A stretch of 64,000 nt of DNA. It comes from a bacterium (lineage in GTDB: Bacteria > RBG-13-61-14 > DATKZS01). How positions within the stretch are numbered: the stretch's first letter is position 1; each line of letters opens with the position of its first letter. This document shows positions 61,237-64,000 of the stretch, piece after piece. Where the stretch lies: assembly GCA_963674965.2 (NCBI GenBank), contig CAXXFL010000004.1, forward strand, positions 64,001-128,000, given 5' to 3'. Below the pieces are notes generated by a model. The model had not been told where the DNA came from, searched no databases, and was given only the letters and a program-made list of their open reading frames with translations. Made by a program: the position numbers and the translations under genes.

Positions 61237-62943
61237 CTACTTGCTGATAAGCGCCTTGACCCTCGTGCCCTCGGGCGCCATTACCATGGCGGCCTCATCC
61301 TCGAACTCCTGCACCGTGCCCCCCTGGGCCCGGGCCTTCTTGGCCAGTTCTCTTCTCTTTTGCGTCCTCTCCTCGGACTCGTAATAGGTCACGATATCCG
61401 TCTTGCCGTCGCCGTTTAAGTCAACCAGGTCGAAGTCCGTGGCCGACTCGTACTGGACGCTGTGGTCGGGCAGACGCTCGTAGTTGGCCTCGGCGTTGCC
61501 CCAGTAAAAGGTCAGCTTGTCGCCTCCCGTGTCCGCGATCAGGTCAAGATAGCCGTCCCCGTTGTAATCCCCCCCGAAATTGATCAGGGGATGGAAGTTG
61601 CCCTCGATAAGGGACCTGAAATCGAAGATCATCCCGATAACGTCGATCTTGTAGTTGAGCAGCACCCGGCGGTCGACCTTGGCGAAGGTCTTGCCCGCGT
61701 CCTGGCCGTAACGGCCGTCGGGCCTCATCAGGAAGAGCCGGAACTGGACCTTGATGGCGTTCTCCGTGATCACCTTGAAGGCCTGGGCCGGCGCGAAATG
61801 GAAAAAGGGAATCACCAGGTCGAGCTTATCGTCATTGTTGAGGTCGTAAATTCCAAAGTCCACGGCCGCGCTCTCGGAGCGGATTTTCTGGTCCGGCTCC
61901 TTTTCGAACTTGAGCCCGGGACGGGCGTAATAGATGTACCGGTCCATCTGGGTCCTCTCCTCCGAGGTGCCCCATTTCATCATGATAATGTCGCCCAACC
62001 CGTCGCCGTTCAGGTCCGCGAAGGTCATGGCCTCACCCGCGAAGCCAAGGCCGCGCTCCTCGGGCGGCAAGATGGACCGCTTCTCCTTGACCGCCGGCTT
62101 GTCCGGCCAGGACCCGTCCTTGCCCTGGAGGAAAACGCGCAGGGTGTTGTCCACCAGGGTTATAAGATCGAGGCGGCCGTCCCCGTTGAAGTCCTCGATG
62201 AAAACGTCGGGGGCCGTGTATTTCACCGTGGTCCTTTTTTCGTAGGTCCTGAAAATAAGGAACTGGTTTATATCGTCCGTGGCCATAATGTCGCCCAGGC
62301 TGCCCACCTTGTAGGCCACAAAGGCCGGGCTGTCGATCTTTTTGATCGGCTTCAGCCCCGATCCGTCATAGGAGTTGATGAACGGGCCGTCAAGGGTGGG
62401 AATGACAATCTCCTTTTTCCCGTCCTTGTCAAGGTCCCAGAGGAAGCGAAGAAGGATGGGTCTTTCCGCGTGAGCGCCGGACAGGATGGCCCGCGTCCCG
62501 CTGATCTCCTTGAAAGTTCCGAACTTGTCGCCCTCGAAGCGGGAAAGACTCACGCCCGAGTCGTCGATGATAACCAACTCGGCCGACTTGTCGCCGTCGA
62601 CGTCGCCCAGGTCGAAGGCCCTGGCCTCCCGGGGCATCTCCAGGGAGCCGCATTTGCCCGTGAAGCCCTTGCCCTTTTCATGCAGGCACCAGCGGAAAAA
62701 GTTTTTATCGCGCATGTCCGAGCGCGTGTAGATCATGGCCAGGTCCAGAAGACCGTCCCCGTTAACGTCGGCCGCGACCCGGTCGTGCCTCTGCCCGTCC
62801 ATCTCCATCTCGCTGAAGATGAAGAACTCCGAGTCGCCCTCCCCCGCCTCCGAAACGGACGGAGCGAGCAACGAGACGATAATGAACGCGGCGAGACCAA
62901 AGATGAAAGACCTTTTCCGATCGCGATCAAGGAGCTTATTCAT
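61237..62943 (-). CDS. Secreted FG-GAP/VCBS repeat protein
   Basis: Repeated D.NGDG..D motifs; ATG 62943 overlaps the permease stop; signal peptide. Confidence 0.88.
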   Translation of the reverse strand: MNKLLDRDRKRSFIFGLAAFIIVSLLAPSVSEAGEGDSEFFIFSEMEMDGQRHDRVAADVNGDGLLDLAMIYTRSDMRDKNFFRWCLHEKGKGFTGKCGSLEMPREARAFDLGDVDGDKSAELVIIDDSGVSLSRFEGDKFGTFKEISGTRAILSGAHAERPILLRFLWDLDKDGKKEIVIPTLDGPFINSYDGSGLKPIKKIDSPAFVAYKVGSLGDIMATDDINQFLIFRTYEKRTTVKYTAPDVFIEDFNGDGRLDLITLVDNTLRVFLQGKDGSWPDKPAVKEKRSILPPEERGLGFAGEAMTFADLNGDGLGDIIMMKWGTSEERTQMDRYIYYARPGLKFEKEPDQKIRSESAAVDFGIYDLNNDDKLDLVIPFFHFAPAQAFKVITENAIKVQFRLFLMRPDGRYGQDAGKTFAKVDRRVLLNYKIDVIGMIFDFRSLIEGNFHPLINFGGDYNGDGYLDLIADTGGDKLTFYWGNAEANYERLPDHSVQYESATDFDLVDLNGDGKTDIVTYYESEERTQKRRELAKKARAQGGTVQEFEDEAAMVMAPEGTRVKALISK

Positions 62944-63839
62944 AACGTGAAATCCCTTTTCTTGACTCCGATGATGGAGACGATGAAAAAAATGGCGAAA
63001 AAGATGGAGCAGATAAAGACCATCTTCTGTATGTCCCAGGTCCACCAACTGGCGATCTCGATGCCCGTGGGCAGGTCGTCCAGAATATACATGGGCACGA
63101 AACGCTGGCTGGGAAAGCCGAAGGTCATGTATGAAAAAAGGTGCTCCTCGCCGCCCCAGCTTACGGTTATTCCCAGGGTGTTGGGGATGAGGCCGAGAAT
63201 CTGGAAAAAGATGTACGCGATCAGCCCCATCAGCATGGCCCCACCCATGGTCGAGGAAAAAGCGCTCACCATGAGGGCCATGGCCGCGATGGCGGCGAAG
63301 GGAATGAGCAGGAGCATGGTCCCGATAATTATTTCCCTGAACATGTAGGCCGAGGAAAATATTACGTACTCGTTCTCGGTCAGGTCTCCCAGCCCGTAAT
63401 AGTACCAGCCGGTGACAAGCGCCACGCCCCAGAATATGCCGAAGGCGATGAGCACCATGAGCATGGCCGTTATGTACTTCGAGATGATGAGCTGCATCCT
63501 CGTGATCGGCCGGGTGAGTATGTACTTGACCGTCGAGTTGGAGACCTCGAGCGCGAAGAGGAGGCAGATCATCAGGTAGATTATGGGCGCGGCGAAGTCC
63601 ACGCACCTTATCACCAGGCTGATGGCGAAGGCGTAGCCCGATCCCGACTTGATGGCCACGGCCTGCTCGGCGTGATAGACGAGGTAGGCCCCGAGGAGCG
63701 CCGTGCCCAGTATGGCGGCGTAGCCCCCGATGATCAGCCAGTAGTGGCTCAGCTTGACCGCGTCCGCGTACACCAGCCGGGCCACTCCCCGCGGAAACTC
63801 GGCCGGTCCTCCTTTTTTGACTTCAGACTCAGTAGACAT
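62940..63839 (-). CDS. ABC-2 type transporter permease
   Basis: E....T.K..LTRPI.R......KY; ~6 TM. Confidence 0.85.
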   Translation of the reverse strand: MSTESEVKKGGPAEFPRGVARLVYADAVKLSHYWLIIGGYAAILGTALLGAYLVYHAEQAVAIKSGSGYAFAISLVIRCVDFAAPIIYLMICLLFALEVSNSTVKYILTRPITRMQLIISKYITAMLMVLIAFGIFWGVALVTGWYYYGLGDLTENEYVIFSSAYMFREIIIGTMLLLIPFAAIAAMALMVSAFSSTMGGAMLMGLIAYIFFQILGLIPNTLGITVSWGGEEHLFSYMTFGFPSQRFVPMYILDDLPTGIEIASWWTWDIQKMVFICSIFFAIFFIVSIIGVKKRDFTL

Positions 63840-63999
63840 CCTGACTCTCTCCCGTCAGCTCGACGAAGTATTCCTCGAGGGAGCGGCGCCTCGAGGAAAT
63901 GGACTCGACCGACAATCCCGCCTCGATCAGGGCCTTGTTGACGGGAAACAGCTCCTGCTCGTTCCGGGCGAACTCGATCGCGCCCTTCCTCACCGCCTC
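63829..63999 (-). CDS. ABC transporter ATP-binding protein, C-terminus (partial)
   Basis: ...NKALIEAGL.V......SLEEYF.ELT, a typical exporter ATPase tail; overlaps the permease start. Confidence 0.7.
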   Translation of the reverse strand, partial: EAVRKGAIEFARNEQELFPVNKALIEAGLSVESISSRRRSLEEYFVELTGESQDVY

Positions 64000-64000
64000 G

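Noticed and set aside
62944-63606. N-terminal extension of the 789-aa FG-GAP ORF
   Set aside because: Overlaps the permease in another frame; the signal peptide starts at ATG 62943

Overview
Bacterial chromosomal window, probably from an anaerobic delta-proteobacterial-type organism (inferred from gene content only). GC-rich core genes lie at both ends. Left (1-15 kb): two GT-C glycosyltransferases, two tandem MCPs, icd, a Tat sulfatase, an MshEN-HDOD protein and a PLP lyase. Right (53-64 kb): a D-cysteine desulfhydrase-like gene, three tandem TonB-dependent receptors, and an ABC exporter plus FG-GAP protein. Between them a ~38 kb composite island sits at the 3' end of tRNA-Ala(CGC). The tRNA 3' end TCCTCCACCAT recurs at 16801 and 51649, which suggests three stacked insertions: a 1.7 kb FGE/C-type-lectin-fold gene cassette, a 35 kb metabolic island, and a decayed tyrosine integrase element. 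The 35 kb part carries an unusual redox/catabolic cluster: four QueG/RdhA-like B12-FeS proteins (one with a Tat-lipoprotein signal), a GST and two kappa-GST/DsbA proteins, a UxxC selenoprotein with a SECIS-like hairpin, and a fumarate-reductase-like flavoprotein with a remodelled active site, all around a triple palindromic operator. It also carries an AbiE toxin-antitoxin pair and about eight abrupt gene-fragment junctions, including an in-frame three-part chimera and a precise intragenic inversion. All calls come from motif recognition by eye; no searches were run.
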